Below the pieces are notes generated by a model, which saw only the letters and a program-made list of their open reading frames with translations, had not been told where the DNA came from and did no database searches. A DNA stretch of 61,591 nucleotides, counting the filler, from Choristocarpus tenellus KU-1152 (taxonomy: Eukaryota > Protista > Phaeophyceae), in NCBI GenBank assembly GCA_964200185.2. It is 13 parts of 13 records of this genome, joined end to end, with 100 filler letters (N's around TTAATTAATTAA, not from the genome) between each part and the next. Parts side by side here need not be neighbours in the genome. Positions count along the whole stretch, not along the records: positions 51,218 to 54,113 come from CAXNAD020023828.1; positions 54,214 to 57,082 come from CAXNAD020024072.1; positions 57,183 to 61,591 come from CAXNAD020014691.1; 10 more parts are not named here. One strand, given 5' to 3'. Below, in pieces: positions 51,737 to 61,591 of the stretch. Numbering within the stretch: the first letter of the stretch is position 1; each line of letters opens with the position of its first letter. Both the position numbers and the translations under genes were made by a program.

Positions 51737-52319
51737 ATTGACGCCCTCCATCAACAACCGCATCCATGACCCTCACAACTGCACCAACGATGATGGTAGT
51801 GGCTGAAGCACTCCGGGCAATGGGAAATGGGGAGCCTATGGGGCCCGACAATTTCCCCGTTGAGCTCCACAAGCTTGGTCTATAGGAGTACGAGCCTATC
51901 TTCGAGGGGCCTTCTAAGATTGTATTGGCTGTGTAGAAGTAGGAAGTTATTGTTTTTGGGAACCCCCACTATTCTTGGGGAACCCCCACTATTATACTTT
52001 TCTCACTTCTTTAAACGAAGCTTGGAGATTTTTTTACACACAGGTTACGGTTAGAGTTAGATTCTCGAAAATTAGTGCAACAAAGTGAAAAGAATAGATC
52101 CTTCAGAGATCATGATTCTCCAGTACACACTATTCTCCCTAACCACTTCTTCTAGGGTGTTCCTTTGGCTTGTTAGGAATTTTTTTCACACCCAAGTTAG
52201 GATTAGGGTTAGGGTTAGGAAAGGGTTAGGATCTTAAAAAAGTGTGCGGGAAAGTGAAAAAAACGTATTACAGTGGATAGTGGGTTTTCCCGAAGACAGG
52301 GAGGTTCCTTGTCAATGTA

Positions 52320-53400
52320 CTTCCTCCACAAGAAGAATGGTCACCCGATTGTGGCAAGTACAGAGGTATATCACTAGTGGAACAAGCTGGCTAAGTCCTG
52401 GAGGTTTTACAAAGCGGTAGGGGGATTACCTGGAACAGGAGAGCGTCCTTTAACAGGAGGAACAGTGTGGTTTCAGGCCCTGACGCTCCATTATGGACAT
52501 GGGATACTCTACTACCGTATATAATCTCCAAGATATTGGCGGGGGAAAGCATGTACCGGTACTTATGCGTGTTTAAACGATTCTACAGAAAGATTATGAC
52601 TCAGTTAATCGTGTTCTGCTGTATGCTGATGATGCGGGCATTGTCTCCAGAACCCAAGCAAGTTTGACTGAAATGATGACAGTTGCGGCGGTGATAAGGT
52701 CATTTGGTCTCACCCTATCGGCATTGAAGACGATAACTATGTGTCTTCGCACCCCTAATTGGAATGCCCAAACCATGCAGACTCACTCATTGGACCAGAC
52801 CTACCGACACACTGATAGTTTGTTTAGGTTGGGGGAACTATCAGTGATGGTGCCACATTTTCTAAAACCAGTCCGAAGATTCAGAAAGCTTGGGGTTGTT
52901 TTCGCAAATACATGCAAGTTCGTTATGACAGGATATCACACGTCTCACTTGCGCTCAAGATTCGAAAGCTCCAAGCTCAAGTACTCAAAGCACTGTTATA
53001 TGGTTCTATAAAGTGGACACTCCACCAAACTCATTGTCTGAAGCTCTTCTTCGTCTTAAATTCGTTTTGTGGTACATCGACTGGAAACCAGAACTTATCG
53101 ATACTGTCCTCTACTACAAGGACGATAATGTGAAGACTAGGTGAGATGGAGTCTACCGTACGACAGACTCCAATTTGCTGGTTCGGTTATTCTCATGGGG
53201 GATGAGAGACTTGTCAAGATATCGATGTTTTGGGGAGCTTGCTAAAGGGAAATGGAAGCAAGGTGGTAAACAAGAGAAGAACTGGTAAACGGGTTTCTGA
53301 GTCGACCTTGACAATTTTTGATTGGAGTTTAGGAGTTTGTAACACGTGAGCGACTAAGCGACATGAGCGGTATGAGTGTGTGGTTAATAGTACAACGAGG
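52320..53400 (+). mobile_element. Degenerate RTE-like LINE reverse transcriptase fragment
   Basis: Frame-shifted motifs CGKYRGISLV, QKDYDSVNR, LYADDAGIVS and LALKIRKLQAQVLKALLYG..W, typical of RTE-type RT and its C-terminal region. Confidence 0.75.
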
Positions 53401-54213
53401 TTCATGTCCGAATGGCTTTATAGGGAGGTGCCATAGGTAATTATGTACGTCACACCAAAGCAGGATCTCTAAGGTCACCAAGACACCACCACCTTGTGTT
53501 GGTGGTATCCTATATTCTTTGTATCCTTCATACATTTTCGTTCCAAGTGTTCTTTGGTTCGTGGTTTTCTCCACCAGGTTCTATTCTTCCATTATATTAC
53601 TTCTTTTCTTCTCCTTTTTGTTCTTTTCTTTCCTTACAACACTTTTTGTTTTATATTCGTTGTGACCTTTTCGAAATAGTTAGTACTACCTTCTTTGAAC
53701 TACTGTTTCGACGATAGGTCTGGAATCGATCAGATCAGTTTGATCTTGATATTTTAATCATACTATTTATTGAGAGAAGGGATAATATATTCTTAGAACT
53801 CCATTGGCGCTGTGGGAAAATTCAAAATTAACTTATATATGTGGTGCAACGGACAAAAGGAACTCCCCCTTCTTGTTTCCATACCCGAACCGAAAGAGCT
53901 CTCTAAAAAAATTCACCTCATTTTCGAACCATTTTCGAACCATCTTGCTACACCCCCAAACCATTTAGAATTGTTTTTTAACATTTCATATATCTATATT
54001 ATTATACCATTTGACATTTTCCAGATGTGTCATAGGGGAAACGAATGAAAACTATATACAGTACCTACACCGATTTTATACAAAATATTATGTACCAAAC
54101 CCATTTTGTACCGNNNNNNNNNNNNNNNNNNNNNNNNNNNNNNNNNNNNNNNNNNNNTTAATTAATTAANNNNNNNNNNNNNNNNNNNNNNNNNNNNNNN
54201 NNNNNNNNNNNNN

Positions 54214-54315
54214 ACGATTGATTTCCCAGCTCACCACGATTAATTAGTCGCTTCGACGATTGATTTCCCAGCTCACCATGATTAATCAGTTGCTTCGACG
54301 ATTGATTCCCAGCTA
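54214..54315. repeat. 42-bp tandem repeat, ~2.4 copies
   Basis: ACGATTGATTTCCCAGCTCACCA(C/T)GATTAAT(T/C)AGT(C/T)GCTTCG repeated next to the gap. Confidence 0.85.
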
Positions 54316-54329
54316 ATCCTAACCCTAAT

Positions 54330-54582
54330 TACTACAAAAACGATATTGTACCACATCAATTCTGTACCGTTTTTTTCGGGCATGCCCATGGGTGCACAAA
54401 ATCGGGGTAGGTACTGCACGAAATATTTTTGAGTACGTGGAATGTATGGTACGAAAAGGTGTGTCGGGAACAAGGATACTGACACTTCTTTACAAACAGG
54501 ATGGTCAAAATTGCATCAAAATCGCAACATAGGATTTTGGTCGCCAAATAGACGCGCCCCTCCCTCTAAGATACTTTGGCTC
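54330..54582 (-). mobile_element. MITE family A-related element abutting copia gag
   Basis: Right end CCCTCTAAGATACTTTGGCTC and a family A interior (GACACTTC...CAAAATCGCAACAT). The left boundary is uncertain. Confidence 0.7.
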
Positions 54583-57082
54583 AGATTACAATGAGGGACT
54601 ACAAGATTCCTGAAACACCCACCACCCCCTTGGGAGAGGCAGTGTGTACGGCACATGCCACACACACGAAGAATAACAAGGCGTTATGGTTCCTCCTTCT
54701 ACAGACGACAAAGGGGTCTGCATCAACAATAGTGGCGAAATACGAAAATTGGGGTCCACCAGACGGCAGAGGGGCGTGGTTAGAACTAGAACGAGTCTAC
54801 GGTGGACGCACAGAGGACGAGATCCCCGTATAAGTCATCACCTTCCAGGCGAAACTCCGAGAATTACGGTGGGCGGCGTCTCAGGACAGCACCGATTTTT
54901 TCGTTAAACTCAAACGACTATTTTCTAAATTCAAGAAGCTCAAGGAGCCCAAATCCGAAAACATGAAGAGGGCATCTATACTGCTTGGGATCAAGGAAAC
55001 GATGCCACATGTGTTCGTGCAATTAATAACGCGCCCGGACATCAGCTATGAGGAGCTCAAACGGGCAGTCATCTCATTGACAACGTACCTTCACTCGGGT
55101 CAAGATGGTCATGATGGGGTATTGGCAATGCATGGCAATGTAAAGAACGACCATGCTCGGAAGACCAGGGGATCAGCTGGAAGTGGCGTCAAATCAAACC
55201 AATGTGGATATTGCTTAAAGATGAACCATCGATGGCAGAATTGCGACTCATACTAAAATGGAAAGCCACCTGCAACATGTCCGCCTGGGATGGCAACCGG
55301 AACATTTCCGCCACCTCCAACTCGTGGGAACAGCAAAAAAGTCGACGGAAACCAAGCACGCTCCTTCTCCACTTTCAAGGTGACAGCAGACGAGGAGGTT
55401 AACAAAAGTGCGGTGTTCAACTCCTCCAGTTGAAGACAAGTCGAGATATTGTGTGACTCTGGAGCAAACGTACATCTTACATCTGATCGTGAAGATCTCA
55501 TAAGCACTCGGGACACCAAACACACATGCACCTTCGGAAACAACGGGAAATTGGAAGCGAAGGAAACCGGGAATATGGTTCTAATGGTGACGGATAAGGA
55601 CGGCAAACCAACAAGAGTGGTTCTGAAGGATGTTCTATGGGTCCCAGGTCTACCATACCGCATATTGAGTACTGGAAGCATACGACGAAATGGAGGAGAT
55701 TTTCTGGATTCAGGAACAAAAGAAAGTTATCCAAGAGCCTCCAAGAATTCGCCCAAGATATACCTACAAAAGTCTGGAGGGTTCTTAAATTTAACTGGAG
55801 CCATAATCACCATGGAACAAGAATCGAGAGCCAGCGCTGCACGAGCCAACCAAAAGCAGAGGCTGACATTGAGGGACTGGCACAACAAATTGGGACACAT
55901 CAACCCATTAGCAATAAAGTATCTCGAGAAACGTGTACTTCTAGAGATCACCGACGCTACTGTGGCATCAGAACTGCGATGCGAGACCTGCAAGGAATGC
56001 AAGTCCAAGGCCCTAAACTATCAACGGACGGGGTGGCAGGACCCCCAAGCAGCCCGGCGAGGTTATCCACACAGATTTGGCGGGACCTTTTAAAGCAGAC
56101 ATCACTGGTCACCAATATTTTCAGGTGTTGTTGACGAGAGCAGCCGAGACAAGAGGATCCGAGACAAGAGGATCCGAGACAAAAGGATGTATGAATTGAA
56201 AACGAAAACGGATGCAACCGCTGCTTATATCAACCAGATGGTCAGGGAAGGTATACCAGTCAATGCATCTGTAGTGATGGTGCTGGCGAGCTTGGGAGAT
56301 CGGTGAAGTTCCAAAGGATGCTGGCGAACAATGGTACCCGATGGAGTCTCCACCGAGAACACTACAGAGCAACGGAATTGCCGAAAGGGCGACAAAGCAA
56401 CTCATGGGGGCAGCAAGGAGTCAACTGGCAAAGGCTGGGCTGGGCAACGAGTGCTGGTTCTTTGCCATCACGGACGTCGCCTTCAAGACTGGAGGCATGC
56501 CACACGAATACCTGGGAGGAGAGACGCCATGCGAGCGTTTAACAGGTAAAACTTTCAACTACGATAGGTTTCAGGCCAGGGGGAGCGAGTGCTATGTTTA
56601 CCAGGGCAAGCAGCAGAGGGGAGCCGGTTCAAAGTTTCACCCATACGCCAAGCGAGGTATAATCATGGGACACGACCGTACATCAATATGTTGGTACATC
56701 TGGCTCCGCAAGAGGCCAAGTTGGTAACCTCAGTCCACGTGACGTTCGAGCCGGACGAATTTATCATGGACTTCGTGGGGGAGAGGGAGACCATGACTTC
56801 GACGGGTAATGAAGAGATTTCTGATACTGAAGACGATCCTGATCGGGATTTCGATATTGCAGTCGATCCGATACCACAAGCAACAGCCGCGAGCAAGAAC
56901 TCGACAAGTTCACCTAGTGGATAACGGAGGTCAGTCAGGATTGCTGAACAACCCAGGGTGGACTACAGGGGTTTACACTCTAGAGATAGAGAGGACTGGG
57001 AGAGAATTTAGTGAATCTGCTCAGAACAAGCACGGATGATGCATACTGTTTGATGGGCATGGCAGGTGACATCTCGATAGGC
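54583..57082 (+). mobile_element. Degenerate Ty1/copia LTR retrotransposon (gag, protease, integrase)
   Basis: Gag GSASTIV...DGRGAWLELE, zinc knuckle CGYCLKMNHRWQNC, protease CDSGANVHLT, VLWVPGL...LS, GAG-pre-integrase WHNKLGH...CETCKECK, and integrase IHTDL.GP and PQ/LQSNGIAER. The PR-IN order is the copia order. Many stops and frameshifts. Confidence 0.92.
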
Positions 57083-60040
57083 NNNNNNNNNNNNNNNNNN
57101 NNNNNNNNNNNNNNNNNNNNNNNNNNTTAATTAATTAANNNNNNNNNNNNNNNNNNNNNNNNNNNNNNNNNNNNNNNNNNNNCCCCCCCAAACCCGTCCT
57201 CAACATTTGATGCAAGCGTGTTGATTTCGACATAAGCCGCTTTAAAAAAAAATGATAAAACAAAACAAAACAAGGCAGTGTTGTTGAGTAATTTCACGTC
57301 AGATTTGTAGCAAGAAAAAAAAAATATATATTTGATTTTTTTTTCTCTTCAGTGGAGAAAAAAAATTACGGAGGAAAGCATACAGTTTTTGCGTATCACT
57401 ATTATTTTGTTATCGTTACTACTGCTACTACTGGCATTACTACAATAGGCGGTAGGGCACCATTGTGAGCATATAATCACCAACCAATCGGAACCATTGG
57501 TATGCTTCCTTCTTCTCGGATTTAAATGGTGTTGGTACCAAGATATGACAGAAAAATAATCTCCACTTCTGTTTTTTTTTCTCTCTATATATTTTTTTTC
57601 TACTGCCCTCGGACAACGTAACAGTCGATGCTGCTTATGTTGCTTTCCTCAAAACAATTGATGTAAAAAATAAATATCAACAATGGGTGTGTGTCATCGG
57701 ATGAACAGTTCCGTCCAAAACATGTTTAAGAGCATACGTTACATACGTTACACCCATACCATGATTTTGCTCGATGGTTAAAGAGATCCGTAAGAGTGTT
57801 GAACCGTCTGTGTTATGAGCATAAAATGCCATCCAAGGTGTGTGAATTTTGGTGGGAAAAAATTAGTACTATTGCGTAGTGCAACGTCTTTCATTGCATT
57901 TTACACTGTCCTCCTTGTTATGTATATATACGTATACATATACATACACATCTACATCTACATATACATATACATGAATAAATAAATTACATAGTTTTAT
58001 TGTCATTTTCTTTATTTCTTTCCTCCTTAACTACGTAATACATAAAGAAATTACATAGTTTTATTTCTGTTCTCCTTACATATATATAAATCACATACTT
58101 TAATTTATTTTATTTTATTTTATTTCTGTCCTTTTGAGTGGAAATAATTCATTCTTATTCTTTTTACTTTCTGGAACTCTGGTGCTGAGCGTGAAACTAA
58201 TTTTTCTTGACAGCGTATGATACGATAACCCTCTGCTCTGCTGCTCTTGTTACATATTTTTTTCATTTTTCATTTTTTTTCCTCTTTTGCTGTATTAAAA
58301 AAAACATACTTTTATGTATGTACGCACCAAGTAGTTATTTTTTTTACTTACAAAACTATTGAAATTTCAAAAATCAGAACCTTACCTGCTCCTCCACCTG
58401 CTCAAATGTTGGCCGGCTCCTATGTTCTGTAGCCCAGCACTTGGTGATGATCTTTTTAATTTTCGTAGGTGTGCTAGGAGGCAGCTCTGGGCGTTCCTCC
58501 TTGGGCTTGCACACCTTGAGTATGATTGCAAACTCGTTTGTGTCCTAGTTAAGTGAAGTGAAGTAATGGAGAGTGTAGAAGCCGTGTGTGTACATGTGTG
58601 ATTTTATTATTGTTTGTATGGAGAGGGATCAGGATTGAAATAAATAATAATAAGGATTACCACCTTCCCCCTGTTATTTATGTGTTTGTCTGCAGGCGCG
58701 GAGGATGAAAGATAAATCACGACTAGAGGAAGTCAAGGAAGCAGAAGATAGCAAGGAACGCCTCATCAGTATTGTGAAATGCTGGAGAGTACCCTTCCTT
58801 CCACAGGTATTGATTGCAGTGTGGGGATGGATCGACTGATGTTATAATCTTGGGGTTACGGTCCTGATGATTTTTTTGTTTGTTCAGGGTTAGCGTTAGG
58901 GTCACGTTCGTAGGGGATTAAGGTTAGAGCTATTGGGGAGTTTAGGGTTTTTAGGTTGAAGTGTTGGTGTGTAGATGTTAGGGTCGTTTAGTTATTGGGG
59001 TTAGGGTTAGGGTTGCTTATTTGAGGTAGAGGCAGATATTTGTATATTGTTGTTTGGTGGATTAGGGGTTGAGGTTAGGACTAGGGGCTCTAGGGGACAT
59101 GGTAGTGTTTTTCTTGAGACTTACTGTGGTTGAGAGGGACCTTTTTGCTTGCTTGTCTTGTAGAGAGGACCTGTGGAGGTTTGGGTCAGGGAAGGCTTGG
59201 TATATGATATTGATGGAGACCTGCCCTCACAACGATGTAGACATGGGTTTTGTGGTTGCTGCAGGCGGTGAGATTACTGTAGTGGATTACACTTGTTATT
59301 GTAATGTAACTCATATTATTCTTCCTTGAAGCATTTTTTCTTGTAGTTCTGGTGGTGGTGGTAGAATAGAATACTCTTGCTAATATCTTCAAATATGCTA
59401 ATATCTTCAAATATGTTGTGAGTTCAAACCCCTTCGGTGCCAGGATTTTTTTTTCATGGAGACGGTTTTGGGTATGTTGGGGTATACCCTGAAAGAGGAG
59501 GGGTGGGAACATTTCGTGATAGTTCCAGATATTCACTGCTTGGTGCGGGGCCAGTAGCTACTAATGTCTTCATTCTTTCTTATTATTACTATAACATTAT
59601 TTTTTATAGTAGATTACTTAATAGTGATTTTACACAAGAGCAGGCAATGAAAACTGTATGTTTTTAAGCATTGCTTTGGGACACACATATGTTCTTCAAG
59701 AAATATGTAAGTATGTGTATGAACGCGTCATCTTACCTAACAATTAGAACCCCCTTTTGCCCTCAAGAAAAATCTAAAAAATAAATAAATGGGATGAGTG
59801 TGTAAGAAATGCATCAAACACGGAAAACTCGAGTAAAGGCCTATCCCTTCCCCTGTCATCCTTGTGGCGACAATACAAGGCTATGTTATAGAATTGGAAA
59901 TGTGGTGCAAGTTGAAGATAAAATACAGAAATAAATCGTAGTGAAAAGATTGCGTAAGTTCTTGTGCAACACGTAAATATTTTTTTGCCCATGTTTCCCC
60001 GGAGTTGCTTATTGGCATACTGGCAAACAAACCAAAAAGC

Positions 60041-60392
60041 ATTACTACTACTACTACTACTACTATTGCTATTATTACTACTACTATTACCACTAATACC
60101 ATAAATACTACTACCACTACTATTACTATTACTATTACTACTTTTACTATACTATTACTACCACTATTACTACTACTACTATTGCTACTACTACTACTAC
60201 TACCACCACTACTACTACTATTACTATATATATTACTATTACTATGAGTATTACTACTACTACTACTACTATTACTATTACTGCTACTACCACTAATGCT
60301 ACCACTACTATTACTATTACTACTACTACTACTATTACTATTAATATTACTGCTATTACTAATGCCACCACTACGACTACCACTACTATTAC
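60041..60392. repeat. Degenerate trinucleotide (TAC/TAT/CAC)n microsatellite in intron
   Basis: About 350 bp of TAC-type triplets ending ~20 nt before the acceptor at 60411-60412. Confidence 0.9.
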
Positions 60393-60412
60393 TTCAAATG
60401 AATTTGAAACAG

Positions 60413-60987
60413 GAAGAGTATGTGAAGCGAACATCCGTGAAGTCTTTGGTGAGGACAGGCGTTGTTGGCAGCGATGGGCGCATCATCACTGCCCAGACCT
60501 CCTCCCCACTCCCTCCTACTGTCAACACTCGAGGCATGGAGCCTGGGGATGCAACTGCAACAACGACTGGGGGAGGAGGAGGGGTAGGTGGGTCAGGCGG
60601 GAGGGGCAGGGCGCTGATGACTTCAAATGAAAAGGTTATTTGCCGTGCTGCTGTGATTGGCTGGACGGAAGGACTAGGTGATGGGGGGGAGGGAGGCGGG
60701 AGTTCTCCGGGAACACACTACCGGATTGAAGTGGAGACGGGGGGGGCAGGTGGAAAGAAATGGACGGTTTTGAAGCGGTACACAGATTTTCGAACTCTTT
60801 GGAAGGTAGGATTTTTTGGTAGAAAAAAATATTTTTGTTGATTTCTGTGTGTTGCTAGGGTTTGGGATAGGGGGGGGGGGGGGGGGGGGGGGGGGGTGTT
60901 GGATTTTTTTTTTTTTTTTTNNNNNNNNNNTTATGTGTGGTTTTGTTTTTTGGAATAAAATTATTTTTTTTTTGTTGTGTGGGGGGT

Positions 60988-61023
<36 letters not shown>

Positions 61024-61517
61024 ACTGTGGTTGCAAGATTATATTTTTTTGCTTTGATATTTTGTATGATTTTTGTGGGGTTAGGATCAGGGTTAGGGTT
61101 TGATGCCTTGCGTGTTGCTGTAAACGCCTGTCTGTTGATGGTAAGGTTAAGGTCGGGTTGGTGCTGTGTGTGGTGCGACCCACCACTACCACTTTTTAAG
61201 AAAGTAGTAAATCTGTATTTCCAGCATGTCCAGGGTAATTTTGTTTTTGTACTTGAAACCAATCTGTTTCAAATGGTCCACCCATCTATATACATGGTAC
61301 TTCATACGCATATAAACATACCTATATACATATTACTGCGTACACAAACACGTTATGAACAAATGTAATGCAGGGACTATCCAAGCAATACCCCACGGTG
61401 AAATCATTTGAGTTTCCACCCAAGACTGCGTACTCCATTCGCTCCAAGTTATTTTCCAAGGCAGGAGAAGTGGAGGGACTTCGTCGAGACAGGTTCACCC
61501 GACTGCTGTCTATGCTG
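60413..61517 (+). CDS. PX (phox homology) domain-containing protein, partial; 2 exons (possible upstream exon 58696-58806)
   Basis: Exons 60413-60805 and 61374-61517, phase 0, encode ...THYRIEVE...KWTVLKRYTDFRTLWK-GLSKQYP...FPPK...EGLRRDRFTRLL. This matches the PX consensus Y.I.V, W.V.KRY.DF..L, PPK and E.RR. Confidence 0.8.
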
Positions 61518-61591
61518 GTGAGGGGGGGAGGGGGGGGGGCAGTGGAGGGGGTGGGGGGGTCGGATTTCAAGGTTATTGATTCTTTTTTTTT

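Noticed and set aside
53497-53760. Possible solo LTR (TG...CA, T-rich)
   Set aside because: No TSD, no second copy in the window and no PBS/PPT were visible.
3456-57182. Regularly recurring TTAATTAATTAA palindrome as a biological repeat or recombination site
   Set aside because: It is always centred in exactly 44+44 Ns, so it is an artificial six-frame-stop linker. This also rules out any gene-cluster interpretation across contigs.
59881-60434. Poly-Thr/Leu/Val ORFs
   Set aside because: These are translations of the TAC microsatellite. The real exon starts at the AG at 60411-60412.

Overview
This is eukaryotic nuclear DNA from a fragmented draft assembly. Thirteen unrelated contigs are joined by twelve artificial 100-nt linkers (N44-TTAATTAATTAA-N44), so adjacency across a linker has no biological meaning. 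Long spliceosomal introns, TTAGGG-type motifs and an axonemal dynein point to a flagellated, intron-rich eukaryote, possibly a stramenopile alga (inference). Host genes reconstructed exon by exon: the TPR region of an O-GlcNAc transferase, a complete 3-exon MAPEG gene, the last exon of a His-rich CDF zinc transporter, the C-terminus of a selenocysteine lyase/NifS-like enzyme, 14 exons of an axonemal dynein heavy chain, a TKL-type kinase and a PX-domain protein. Mobile DNA is abundant: a degenerate tyrosine-recombinase retrotransposon with Ngaro/PAT-type split direct repeats plus two solo A-B remnants, a decayed Ty1/copia element, RTE-like LINE fragments and a group of MITEs with related TIRs. 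The most unusual item is an intron-containing gene encoding a ParB/Srx-like domain plus a putative HTH. It lies directly downstream of about three tandem ~268-bp repeats, two of which carry a perfect 14-bp palindrome. All family calls come from motif recognition by eye; no searches were run.
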